Below, piece by piece: positions 1-13,289 of a DNA stretch of 64,000 bases. Positions within the stretch are counted from its first letter, which is position 1. Each line of letters begins with the position of its first letter. Under the pieces are notes generated by a model. It worked only from the letters and a program-made list of their open reading frames with translations. It was not told where the DNA came from and made no database searches. The position numbers and the translations under genes were made by a program. The DNA is from Octopus sinensis (taxonomy: Eukaryota). Where the stretch lies: positions 113,460,001 through 113,524,000 of the forward strand of contig NC_043000.1 in assembly GCF_006345805.1 (NCBI RefSeq), in the 5' to 3' direction.

Positions 1-201
1 TGTGTATGTGTGTATGTGTGTGCGTGTGTGTCTGTTTGTACGCGCATGCTTGTTTGTGTTTGTGAGCAGTAGAGAAAAATATGTACGGATGGGGATATTT
101 GACAGACGGAGAGATATATAAAATGATTGTTATACACAACACACACATACTCATACACACGCACACACACACACACACAGATAAACACATATAAACAGAG
201 G

Positions 202-202
<1 letters not shown>

Positions 203-260
<58 letters not shown>

Positions 261-288
261 GTAGATAGGTAGATAGATAGATAGATAG

Positions 289-329
<41 letters not shown>

Positions 330-414
330 GATAGATAGATAGATAGATAGTAGATAGATAGATAGATATAGATAGATAGATAGAAGATAGATAGATAGGT
401 AGATAGGTAGATAG

Positions 415-472
<58 letters not shown>
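203..472. repeat. (GATA)n then (GA)n microsatellite
   Basis: Directly visible tandem GATA units followed by GA units. Confidence 0.98.
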
Positions 473-476
<4 letters not shown>

Positions 477-729
477 GTGAAGGGATAGAGACAGACAGAC
501 ATTAGGTGTTCGATATATTTCTCTTTGTTTTGTCGAGTTATTTTATCGCTATGGTACCTTCTTTGTTTGGAAAACATTGCGGAAAGTAGTAATTTTCAGT
601 TATATAAACAATTTTAATGGAAAGTTTGTGAAATAAAGCTTTTAACATAAACATACACACTGTAGGATTTTTATAATTTACATAAATTATGTAAACAAGA
701 CTTTTAGAACACACTTTAAGTATAAGTAT

Positions 730-900
730 ATATAGATAGAATTTACAAAAAACAAACAAACAAAAGATGAAGACGTGTGTGTAAACAACAAATAGATGTA
801 TTAGTTTAACGCCCGGGAAATGAGAAAGTGTTTTACATTTCGGGCGTACGCTCTTCGACAGAAAGGAACACAGAAATAAACAGGGATAGAAAATAAAAAA
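730..900 (-). mobile_element. Dispersed repeat fragment, probably a Penelope-like terminus, with minimal hammerhead-like motif
   Basis: Homologous to 17291-17480 (shared gatgaagac...gtgt...aacaaca...gtattagtt...cggga...tttcg...cgctctt.gacag). Minus strand reads CTGTCGA-AGAGC-GTAC-GCCC-GAAA-TG-TA. Confidence 0.5.
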
Positions 901-1482
901 AGGCTTAGTGGCTAGCGATCTATCATGGCGATAGATACATATACAAGCAAATATATGTATGCATGTATATGTGTGTGTGTGTATGTGTGTGTTTTGGGTG
1001 GGTGTGTCTGTGTCTCTATATATTTATATGTATATATATGTATATATACATATATATATACATGTGTGTAGATATATATGAATTTATATATACAAGTGTA
1101 TAGATATATATACATGTACATAGATATATATGAATTTCTATGTGTGTGCGTAATTTTGTTGTTTTTATTTATTATCATATGTAAAAACAGTCACACATTA
1201 TTTGAAAGACTACTAATTACTGGGTAATACTTTTTAAAAGAAAATATTGTAAGTCCGAAGTATCTGCCTTGCAGACTACGTTAAATAAGGGTTAATATAT
1301 TTTTATGTGCATCTGTTTGAGTGCATGTGTTTGTGTGTGTCTGTGTGTGTGTGTGTGGTGTGTGTGTGTGTGTGTGTGAGCGGCACATGAAAGGGGTTCC
1401 GGGAATATTGCCGCTAACCTCAGTCAACACTCTTGTGAATACCCGACCCCCGGGCAGAATATATAGAAAGGAACGATGCTTC

Positions 1483-1553
1483 AAATCATGAATCATTGTG
1501 TTTCGCACAAACTGAAAATCATGAATCATTGTGTTTCGCACAAACTGAAAATC
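1483..1553. repeat. 33-bp tandem duplication
   Basis: aaatcatgaatcattgtgtttcgcacaaactga occurs twice in tandem, plus a partial third copy. Confidence 0.95.
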
Positions 1554-2295
1554 TTGGAAGCTTTCTTCACCCGTTTGGCATAAAACAAAAACCAGCAAGC
1601 CAAAAAATAAAGGCACTGGTATCAGAGTTATTCTTTGGATACAACTGTTTCAATATCACACGCTTAAAATGAATTATTTAACAAGTTTGAAAACATGAAT
1701 GCTGGCAATTATGATGTAACATTGATTAAATAATATTGATTAAACGACGCAAACCCCATAGTAATGTAATCATAACCGAATGACTAAATTAATACGAGAG
1801 TAAAACTTGGATGAATTCCCCAATAGTAAAAGATGATTTGTTGGAAACTGGGCATATAGTTACCGGATAATTTTCGCTAAAATTGCAAATAAATAGATAA
1901 AATAGACAGTTTTCGTATATGAATTGACAAGATCATTTATAGAGGCTGGATTATTAATTAGTCTCTATGTTCAGACAGTTGTCAGGTCGGCAAGGTAAAA
2001 CATTATTCAAAATACGTATGGAAGTAGAGATCGTCATAAATCTAGTTGGAATGACATCTCAAGAGTAGCTTCAAAGGAAGCTTTAATGATCAGGGAGAGA
2101 ATAAAGAGATAAGGGCAATAGGAAAGCAAAATAAACAGAAAGGACAGAGACGAATTGAATGGAGGGGGACGAATTGAAAGGAAGGGGGTGAATATGCAGT
2201 CCTGTATGAAAGAAAGTGCTAAATGTCTACAACACACTGGAAGAGGCCGAGAGACAAGTATAACAGAGAATGGCATTTATCATAATTATAATAAT

Positions 2296-2660
2296 CCCTT
2301 CTACTAAAGGCACAAGGCCTGAAATTTTGGGGGAGGGGACTAGTTAATCACATCAGCCTCAGTGTTTCGCTGGTACTTAATTTATCAACCTCGAAAGGGG
2401 GTAAAGGTAAAGTTGGCCTCGGCGATAACAATAATAATGGTTTCATATTTTGGTATAATGTCAATAAACTTTTGGGAGGGGGTAATCCGATTATATTGAC
2501 CCCCAGTGTTCAAGTGATACGTTATTTTATCGACCCTCTTAAAGGATAACGGGCAAAACCGACGTTGGTTGAATTCGAACTCAGAACGTCAAGATGGACG
2601 AAATGTGGCAAAGCATTTTGCCAGGTGATCTTACAACTCTGCCACCTCGCTGCCTTAAAA
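2296..2660 (-). mobile_element. SINE family A, two degenerate partial copies
   Basis: Contains the family core (ctggtacttaatttatc.acc.cgaaagg...aaagt.g.cctcggcg; gaattcgaactcagaacg) seen in better copies at 16010-16431 and 53084-53487. Confidence 0.75.
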
Positions 2661-3189
2661 ATTAAACCTACATCAAGCAATGAAATATTATTATAATTCT
2701 TCATAATTAAAGATTAATGACTAAAAAGATTAATGGCAGAATCTTATAATAAGAGGAATAAGTAGTAAATACATGCATGAATCTATATACACAGCAAAAA
2801 TATATATATACAGCATAAATATACATACAGAGTATAAATATATATATATATACAGAGCATATATATGCTGACACACGTATAACTCCCCCTCCTACCGTCT
2901 GTATCATTACATAGGTGAATTCATCCACATTGTTCTCGTATTAATTAATTCATGAGATTTTAATGAAATATCTATGTTTTACATTTTATTATCAACATTG
3001 TATAAAAAATGTTATATAATCATTGTTAATATTCAGGTCTTCTAACTTGTCGAATGATTTATTTAACACATATTCGTTGCTGTTTTGTGAGTCTGAATTG
3101 CTTAATCTGCACAGAAAATATTCATGTGAAGCTTATGCAATCTCCGATTAAGCAAGTTCTTGTTTTATTGGTTTCGGCAAAGGGTAAGG

Positions 3190-3420
3190 TCATCCTGGGG
3201 CATCAACTTTCAGTGTGATTTGATTTCTTTTCTATATTTGGTGAAGCAGCGAATTAGAGGGAACTGCTCTCTTTTGCGCCTCTTGCATCGATGTAGGTTC
3301 ATCTCTCAGACACAAAAATATTCCAGATGTTCTTTGAAAACCCTTGCATCTACACTTCGCAAATCTCTGAGGTTGTCTGAGAGAATGTCGAACAGTTGGT
3401 AAGCAGGCTACTTATCACAC
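3190..3420 (-). mobile_element. CR1/L2-like LINE ORF2 C-terminal remnant
   Basis: Minus-strand translation across a frameshift gives YQLFDILSDNLRDLRSVDARVFKEHLEYF / RDEPTSMQEAQKRAVPSNSLLHQI, resembling CR1-type ORF2 ends (QLFN.LP..LR.....FK..LD.FL..VPDEP......AASNSL). Confidence 0.55.
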
Positions 3421-5142
3421 AGCCACCCCTTCGCCTGTAATTTCATAATTCTAGTAAAAATAAAATACTAATCTACTAATCAATACTTTGTTGACTATAT
3501 CGATTTGTGAATACAGGGAACGAGAGGAAAACCTAAAATATAACAAATCTATTCGTGAAATGCAGCCATCGATGACACAAAAGCAGGACAGGCCAGTGTG
3601 GGTTACATATGTAGTCACCCATGTTGCTGGAAATTACGGTCAAATTGTCATTACATCATACACTTTATTCCCGCCAATGAAGGCAATTCTAATGCTAGTG
3701 GCATGTTAAAATACACCCATTGATGTGTTGTGTAGTTGTTATTGATATGAAGTTCATCACATCGAGTGGTAGAAACTGAGCCAAGATTAGTCGAACATAT
3801 GAATGAGTCATGAACTCCATCATCTGTATTGCAGGAGACTCAGCTTTGAAGGAGATCTAATACACGAATTAGAACAGCTTCTTCGTTCTAGCTGCAGACA
3901 ACCTCTCTTGCACCCGTGGCACGATAAACGGTTCTAATCAATGATGTAAGACACACTGGATGGAGTTGTTGTAAGGCGCGTGGATTGGAGTCAGCTAAAT
4001 GTGAGTACAATTGTTTGTGCGTGCGTGTGTATGTGTGGTTCATGGCAAGATGAAGCGGGATCCAACCAACGCAGCAAAAAAATGTAAGACAATAACGAAA
4101 CTAGCTCACACACACACTCACTTTGTGTCTCTCTCTCCCTCTCCCTCTCTCTCTCTCTCTCACACTCACACACACTCAGACACACACACATGCAAACACA
4201 CACTCGCAAGATGGTTCAGTACAGTTTCCATCTATTACAATGCACTGATATGCTATTGGTTCTCCTAAAGCTATTGTGGAAGACCCTTCTACAAGGTGTT
4301 TCATGACATACCTCACTGTAAAAGTTGGTCAACCAGTGCTTTACAACAAATAAAAAGAAGTAAACATTGAATAATGTAGTGTTAGTAATATCAATTCTCG
4401 AGGTAAAAGGTCATGATGGGCATAGTTGGAACGTCTTCGATTATAAGCCATTGAGTGCAGAAGCTATTCTGGGATTGAATAAAAACAAGATCATAAGTCA
4501 AACGATATACAACCCAACACGTTTGATAATTAAATGAAAGACGAAATAACATAATATTCACTTGAGAGTGGGAACTACACAAAGTATTGTATTCGTGTTA
4601 TTTGTAAATAGAAAGCAAACATTTTCTTGGCCCAAGAACCAATGACGCTGCATTACATGTGAAACGATGTGTGTTGCAACACGTTTGGCTGTTGAATGAA
4701 GAATAAAGGATAAAATATACTTTAAATATATTTACATTTGTGAGTATATAAGATGCTGAGTAGGTATACTGACTACATGGCAAATCTATAGATGCAAACT
4801 TAGAACTTGCTCTGTCAATATTTTCTGAAATATTTCTTCTCTCAAGTAGCCCTAATCTGTTATTTCCTTTTACAATCCAAAATTAATCATACTCAAACAG
4901 TATTATATATATATACATATATATATATATATACATACATACATATATATATATAATATATATATATATAATATATATATATATGTATATGTATATATAT
5001 ATTATATATATACATATATATATATATATACATATATTATATATACATATACATATATATATATACATATATATACAGATATATATATACATATATATAC
5101 AATATACAGATATATATGCATATATATATTACATATATATAC

Positions 5143-5195
<53 letters not shown>

Positions 5196-6319
5196 TGTTT
5201 ATATATATATATTATGTGTGTGTGTGTGTGATCATTTTGAATTATGTCAAGCTATATATTTATATTTTTGTTTTGTTTTTGTTTTGCTTGCTTCTTTACT
5301 TTATTAGATTAATAATTTCATGAGTTATTCTCGTCGCAAAAATTGTCTCAATTATATCTTCTTTTATTAAACGATATTCAACTTTTATAAGTCTTCTTGC
5401 TTAACCTTCACTAATATATATATTTGTTTATCTTTCCCCATGCATTTCATTTTGTATCAATATTTTTCCTGACATTTCTGTTTTTGTTGTTTCGTTTTTG
5501 TTTCATTGTTTTTCTCAATCATTTTTATTGATTCTGATTCTGTCATCAATTACTAAAGCAATTTTTCGTTTTCTCTTTGCTTTTTTTTTTTGCTTTTTTT
5601 TTTTTTTTTTTTTTCTCTTCCCAATGTTTCGAAGATCGCGTTGTTTCTAATTTCGTGTCTCTTATTCTATTTCTTTGTTCATAATAATATATTTTTCTCC
5701 CGTTATTTTAGGTTCCTTATTACTTTGTTGTATTTTCATAAATTCTTCTTCTTTAGGTGCCGTTTTATTTCATTTCATTAGTTACAACGCAGACATTTTT
5801 TTTTTCCTATTTTCGCTATTTTCGTGTTTTCACTACCAATTTCTTCGTTTATTACAGGAATTTCTGTACAAATTAAGTGATTTATACCAGTTTCCTTTTA
5901 CATGTTAAAGTTACAGTTACATTTAGTATATCCTTATCTTGTCTTCTTTCACATTTGATATTTTATATTTTGATATCCTGTCTGTGTGAAAACACATCAT
6001 GAATTTCTATTCAAATAAAATCAAAACCAGAAATGTTATTCTTCTTCGGCCAAATTTAGTTCGTTTTATTCATATTCCAAAACAAATTTATGGTGAATTA
6101 TGTAATTTTTCTTCTGAAGTTCATTGTATTTTTGTAAAAATTCATGTATTCAAGATTTATTTGAATGTGTGTATACATTGATTATAGCAAAATTACACGA
6201 TATACATACACGCATATGAATGCGTGTGTATGTATGTATGTATATATATATATATATAATATATATATATATACATGTATTATGTATATACATAATCACG
6301 AGTATATACATATGCAAAT

Positions 6320-6355
<36 letters not shown>

Positions 6356-6446
6356 GTATGTATATGCATTGTATATGTTTATACATACACACGTATATAA
6401 ATGCGAACATATTTGTGCGTATGTTCAATTGTATAGACAGGCAGAC

Positions 6447-6743
<297 letters not shown>

Positions 6744-8178
6744 TACTGACATGTATGTATGATATGTTATTGACTCAGTCACATTCTGCGGGGATGTATT
6801 AAGTGACAGCTACTTATTGTATTTCCAGTCCATTACTAAGTAGTCTCATATTTATTTTGTTATAAACTTGTGATAGAATTCAACGACAGCGTTCTCTTAT
6901 TCCTCCTCCAACTCTTTCTTTTTCTTCCTCTTCCCCCTACTCTCTGTGAAATTATATTGTTTATGCTCGTCTTAATATTTTCTTCATAGCTATGCTATGC
7001 ATCTTAGTTCTGTATTGTCCGATACATCGTGTAAAGGAAGTTGTCTCTAAATCCAAACACACTGAAAACGAATACTCTTCCTTCGTCGCAGGTAGATTAT
7101 GATGCAGATTATGACGCTTACCGTCATTATATACTTATGGTGTTGTATAACCGAATAACGAAATCATATTGCTTTTGGCTTCATCGAAATATGAAAAAAA
7201 AAAAAACTTATAACGAATTCAAATATATTTGAGAGACTCAATTTATCGCTGCAATTTATCGTAGAGAAAAATATTCTCGCCTACGAAAAAAAAAGTGTTA
7301 AAATATCATCGGCAGCTCAGAATGTCCTCTGTTGGTATCTGATGCTGAGGAAGACTAACGATTTCAAAATACATCCGTCATTGTAGTAGAATCTCTCTGA
7401 GCTGACTATGGTGTTTAATACCTTTTTGTCTTAAGCGACATTTTCTTCTCCACAAAAAACTGTAGCGAAAAGATTTTATAGTTTCAAATATCTCTAAAAT
7501 CTATTTGAAGCGGCAACATTTGTATTTGTCTATTTTCAGTGTATCACTGAATACATCTCCATTTGCCTTGGACATTCTCAGTGTTTTCTATTGGTTTTGT
7601 GTATTTCTATTGAAAGTAATGTTATGAGTATATGGTGCTTAGTAGTACTACTATTGTGCATTTATACAAGTCTTTGTGTTCTGGAAATTTACATGTCTCC
7701 ATCATTTTGTCAATAATTCACAGAGGCACCCATTATCATAGAGACTCTTCCGTCCATTCATTCTGGTTATCTCTAGGTCCATAACTTTATGTATAATAGT
7801 TTGTCTACTTTTCTTAGATATATTGTGTTTATTGTTGGAATTGATACACCAATGAGAAGTCTTGTATTCCTCAGATAGTGTCTGATTGAAATGTATTAAT
7901 CTTCCACACTGATTAGGCACACTTGCTTCGTATTATCATTTTCTCAATCCCAGAAACATAATCATTTATACGGTTTTACCACCTCTTTTCCCTGGATATT
8001 TCATAACGTTTACATAATTTCCAGTGTATGAAAACTCTGTGTGTGGTGTGTGTACATGACCAAGTGTATGTTTGCTTGACTATGCATATTGTATATATAC
8101 ATAATAAGCGAGTCTTATACATGTGTGTGTTATATGTATATTATATATATATTTTTTATTCTTTTACTTGTTTCAGTA

Positions 8179-8255
<77 letters not shown>

Positions 8256-8654
8256 AGAGAGAGATTCAGATGAATATGGTACTTAAATTAAAGGCATCAG
8301 AATTTTGTATATATATATATATATATATATAACATATATATAGACATCATTTACTTCCGTTGTAAGGAAAATCAACAATATTTACTTCATCTAGTGATAG
8401 ATAAATATTTAATGTATACAGTATTTAAATAAATCAAAGTTACTAATAATTTCATGCCATGGTGTCATTACAATTCGGTAGGATTACGTAACGTGCCTCG
8501 TCTCTTTAAACAATATTTCGGGCTCAGCTATTTACACCGAGCCCGAAGTATTAGGACACAAGGCACATTATATAAATCTGCCGAATTATTGTGTCTCCGT
8601 GGCATAAAACTATTGGTAGCTTTTACTTAAAAATACTGTATACATTAAATGAAT

Positions 8655-8900
8655 GCGCGTGGCTTAGTGGTTACTAGTATATTCGGCTCACGATCTTGCG
8701 ATCGCGAGTTCGGTATCCGGCGTCACGTTCTGTCTGTGTGCAAAACACTTTGCTCCTGGTTGCTCCAGTTTGGCCAGCTGACAAAAACGGGCAGTACCTG
8801 TAATTCAAAGGGGTGCGCTGTGATATTTCCAGCAGATCAAGAAACCGCTCAGCGATTTCTCGTCTGTTTACCTTATGCTTGTGGACAGAGGTAGCGATCA
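8655..8900 (+). mobile_element. SINE family C (tRNA-like head), degenerate
   Basis: gcgcgtggcttagtggtt A-box, gagttcggtatcc B-box-like, then gctccagt...cagctg.caaaa body shared with 44735-45047. Confidence 0.75.
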
Positions 8901-9069
8901 CAAAGATGCGATGACAACGACGAGGCATTCGTTGTTTATGAAGAAAAACAATTACTTTTATTTGCATGTGCTGTATACGTGTGAGATTTCTGATGATAAG
9001 GACAGCAGCCTCTTTTGAGCGAGATTCCGGCGTCGGTCTATGAAGTCAACCAGCAGTAGGATATCTCTT

Positions 9070-9440
9070 TACTATTTTATTCTTTTACTTGTTTCAGTCA
9101 TTTGACTGAGGTCATGCTGGGGCACCGCCTTTAGACGAGCAAATCGAACCCAGCACTTATTCTTTGCAAGTCTAGTACTTATTCTATCGTTCTCTTTTTG
9201 CCGAACCGCTAAGTTACGGTGACGTAAACACTCCAGCACCGGTTGTCAAGTGATGTTGTGGGGACAAACACAGACACACAAACACACACACACACATATA
9301 TATACATGCATATACATTTATACGACAGGTTTCTTTCAGTTTCCGTCTACCAAATCTACTGACAAGGCTCTGGTCGGCCCGAGGCTATAGTAGAAGACAC
9401 TTGCCCAAGGTGCCACGCAGTGGGACTGAACAAGGAACCA
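9070..9440 (-). mobile_element. SINE family B (tRNA head, CORE-like accttgggcaagtgtc block, stem-loop tail)
   Basis: Reverse complement of the copy at 18845-19436, with an internal (CA)/(TA) tract. Confidence 0.85.
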
Positions 9441-10539
9441 GGTCCATTTTCTGTAGTATTTGGTTGTAGAATTTGTGTGGTATTTAGAAAAACGAATCAT
9501 GGCAATTTAGTAGATTAGCCAAATGAATAAGAAAAGTTTTAAAGATCTGTGAGCAAGAAATCCATTAGGTCATTCTCTTTTGCTCACATTATCACATGTC
9601 ACGTGGTATTTCTTTCTTTGTGAATTATTCAGAGCAGAAAAGGTAACACTGGCAACCCTTTCTCAGAGCATTTTAGATTGGTAGAGAAGAAGGGAAGTGT
9701 TTTCTTTAGTCCGAGCACTTGACCCGAATGTTTGCAACTGAGCGATGTAAGCTCAAATCATGCAAGAATGGTTAAAGATTCGCAGGCTCCCACTCAGTCA
9801 CACAATCGACCTAATTTCAATCACAAGGGTTCAGTTAAACCTAATATAGAAAAGACACATCCTTTAAGTGATGCACTGTCGCATCGAACCAGAATCTACG
9901 ATATTTCTAAAGGAAATTATGCAATGCCATACGTTGACCAAGATATGCTTCGGTTCTGCAGAAGAAAAACATATTTCCTAAACAAATAGACACTAAACAC
10001 GCTGATAATGTTACATTAACCAGCTCAATATGCAAGTTTTAACTTCACGTCACATTATAATAGAATATTGTCCAATTAAACAGTCTCTCTTGTTGATTAC
10101 AGCGCAAAACTACACACCGCTATCATACATGTTTACTGTACACTGGTAGCCGAGGCTAGTAAAAGTTGAATTTATTTGGCAGAGACACAAAACGGCTGGA
10201 AGTAACAAGATACGAAAGATTCGCCATTGCGTCGCCGAAACAAGTTAAATGGGCAGACAGGACTATGAATGGTTATAGTGTTGCAGAATGTTCGATAATA
10301 TGATCTGGGAAATACCATAGTATACAGGGAATATCACCGACAGAGCAATTCGGTCAATTTAACGATATAACAGGGAAATTCAATATCATATGTAATATAA
10401 ATATATGTATACATACATACAAATATATATAATAATATATATATATATATATATTAAATATACACATAATATATATATATATAATATACGTTTGTATGTA
10501 TGTAATATTATATATATGTATATATATATATATATATAC

Positions 10540-10570
<31 letters not shown>

Positions 10571-10572
<2 letters not shown>

Positions 10573-13075
10573 TGTTTTTACGTTTTTGTATCTTATTGGT
10601 GTCACGTATTCTGTATTTTTGTTTGTGTACTTCGATCGTTTTCCGTCTTTCGTTGTATACATTCGAAGCTTGGGCTGGCCATATCGGAGCAATCTCAAGA
10701 TTAATCAGCCGAAATTGCTAAGATGATCTGGTTCTTGACTGATGACTGAGGGCTTCGAATGTCCCGTCCTGTGGTTCTTGTGTCGTCTCTGTGGTGTTTC
10801 ATGTTCTTGTCCATGTCTGTATTTTATTTTACTGTTTACCTATATAATCGGCGGCTACGTATCCACAATTGTCCTTATACGATAAGTATATTTTTTTCTC
10901 AAGCTTTGATACGACTCTTAATCTGTCTCTTTTTCTCTCTCTCTCCCTCCTCCCTTATTCCACTTCCGTTCTTCCCTCTCCATCCGTTCCCCCCCCTTTC
11001 TAGTTTCTCTATCCTCTCACCTCCAGCCCCCTCGATCTGTCTCTTTCTTCTCCTCCCTCGTCCACTTCTCTCCCTTTTCATCTGTCCTTTCTCCTGTCTT
11101 TTGTTCTCACGTGACAGCTAGCCGCTGTTGAGCGCTCTTTTCGTTTTCAGCAGCCTCAGAAGCAACACGGATTTGTTCGTCTCCCCGTGGCCTTTAGGCA
11201 CAACTTCACAAGCCAGCCCCTACTCAAATCGTCCTGTCGAAAGACCCTTGTCCTACGTCTGGTTTTGTTTTGTTGTTTATATTTTATTTTTTTTTTATTT
11301 TTACCGTTATTGTTTTTACGTTTTTGTATTCTTATTGGTGTCACGTATTCTGTATTTTTGTTTGTGTACTTCGATCGTTTTCCGTCCTTTCGTTGTATAC
11401 ATTCGAAGCTTTGGGCTGGCCATATCGGAGCAATCTCAAGATAATCAAGAGCCGAAATTGCTAAGATGATCTGGTTCTTGACTGATGACTGAGGGCTTCG
11501 AATGTCCCGTCCTGTGGTTCTTGTGTGTCTCTGTGGGGTGTGTCTTGTTCCATGTCTGTATTTTATTTTTACTGTTTACCTATATAATCGGCGGCTACGT
11601 ATCCACAATTGTCCTTATACGATAAGTATATTTTTTTCTCAAGCTTTGATACGACTCTTAATCTGTCTCTTTTTCTCTCTCTCTCCCTCCTCCCTTATTC
11701 CACTTCCGTTCTTTCCCTCTCCATCCGTTCCCCCCCCTTTCTACGTTTCTCTATCTCTCTCACCTCCAGCCCCCTCGATCTGTCTCTTTCTTCTCCTCCC
11801 TCGTCCACCTTCTCTCCCTTTTCATCTGTCCCTTTCTCCTGTCTTTTGTTCTCACGTGACAGCTAGCCGCTGTTGAGCGCTCTTTTCGTTTTCAGCAGCC
11901 TCAGAAGCAACACGGATTTGTTCGTCTCCCCGTGGCCTTTAGGCACAACTTCACAAGCCAGCCCCTACTCAAATCGTCCTGTCGAAAGACCCTTGTCCTA
12001 CGTCCTGGTTTTGTTTTGTTGTTTATATTTTATTTTTTATTTTTACCGTTATTGTTTTTACGTTTTTGTATTCTTATTGGTGTCACGTATTCTGTATTTT
12101 TGTTTGTGTACTTCGATCGTTTTCCGTCCTTTCGTTGTATACATTCGAAGCTTTGGGCTGGCCATATCGGAGCAATCTCAAGATTAATCAGCCGAAATTG
12201 CTAAGATGATCTGGTTCTTGACTGATGACTGAGGGCTTCGAATGTCCCGTCCTGTGGTTCTTGTGTCGTCTCTGTGGTGTTTCATGTTCTTGTCCATGTC
12301 TGTATTTTATTTTTACTGTTTACCTATATAATCGGCGGCTACGTATCCACAATTGTCCTTATACGATAAGTATATTTTTTTCTCAAGCTTTGATACGACT
12401 CTTAATCTGTCTCTTTTTCTCTCTCTCTCCCTCCTCCCTTATTCCACTTCCGTTCTTTCCCTCTCCATCCGTTCCCCCCCCTTTCTACGTTTCTCTATCT
12501 CTCTCACCTCCAGCCCCCTCGATCTGTCTCTTTCTTCTCCTCCACTCGTCCACCTTCTCTCCCTTTTCATCTGTCCCTTTCTCCTGTCTTTTGTTCTCAC
12601 GTGACAGCTAGCCGCTGTTGAGCGCTCTTTTCGTTTTCAGCAGCCTCAGAAGCAACACGGATTTGTTCGTCTCCCCGTGGCCTTTAGGCACAACTTCACA
12701 AGCCAGCCCCTACTCAAATCGTCCTGTCGAAAGACCTTGTCCTACGTCCTGGTTTTGTTTTGTTGTTTATATTTTATTTTTTATTTTTACCGTTATTGTT
12801 TTTACGTTTTTGTTTATTCTTATGGTGTCACGTATTCTGTATTTTTGTTTGTGTACTTCGATCGTTTTCCGTCCTTTCGTTGTATACATTCGAAGCTTTG
12901 GGCTGGCCATATCGGAGCAATCTCAAGATTAATCAGCCGAAATTGCTAAGATGATCTGGTTCTTGACTGATGACTGAGGGCTTCGAATGTCCCGTCCTGT
13001 GGTTCTTTGTGTCCGTCTCTGTGGTGTTTCATGTTCTTGTCCATGTCTGTATTATTTTACTGTTTACCTATATAT
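10571..13075 (+). repeat. ~742-bp tandem array, about 3.4 units, flanked by (TA)n; candidate retrozyme or Penelope-like terminal repeat array
   Basis: Unit landmarks recur at 10694, 11435, 12177 and 12922 (periods 741, 742, 745). Units differ mainly by small indels. Confidence 0.95.
10688..10749 (+). ncRNA. Putative rearranged hammerhead ribozyme (unit 1; repeated in units 2-4)
   Basis: AGCAAT-C-TCAAGA (10688-10700), TCAG-CC-GAA-ATTGCT (10705-10719), TCTTGA-CTGATGA-CTGA (10733-10749). Stem III and stem I are each 6 perfect bp. Stem II is 4 bp with two extra C before GAAA. Confidence 0.6.
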
Positions 13076-13289
13076 ATATATATAATATTTATAGAGAGAG
13101 AGAGAGAGAGAGAGAGAGACGAGATGAGAGAGATGAGAAGAGAGAGAGAGAGAGACTTTAAAGTGACCTGTTCAGATGTTCAGAAAAACAATGCGAGAAA
13201 GATATAAAGTAAGCTACAAAAGAGAAAACAAAACAACTCTTTACAGCGTAAATCTATATTTCGGGGCTGTTACAACTTTTCCAGGACGT

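Noticed and set aside
7345-7380. GATG-CTGAGGA...AAAA-TA-CATC hammerhead relic
   Set aside because: G12 is missing and stems II/III cannot be closed; too decayed to call.
7400-7950. Possible old LINE coding remnant on the minus strand
   Set aside because: No diagnostic motif could be read through the stops.
8985-9045. CTGATGA motif as a hammerhead
   Set aside because: No GAAA and no consistent stems.
10739-10765. Canonical local hammerhead CTGATGA...TTC-GAAT-GTC
   Set aside because: GAAT lacks A15.1 and no stem I partner follows; the upstream GAAA/AUC arrangement fits far better.
10571-13075. Tandem array as a CRISPR array or repeat-protein gene
   Set aside because: Units are ~742 bp with no unique spacers, the context is eukaryotic, and the unit ORFs are low-complexity and broken by indels.
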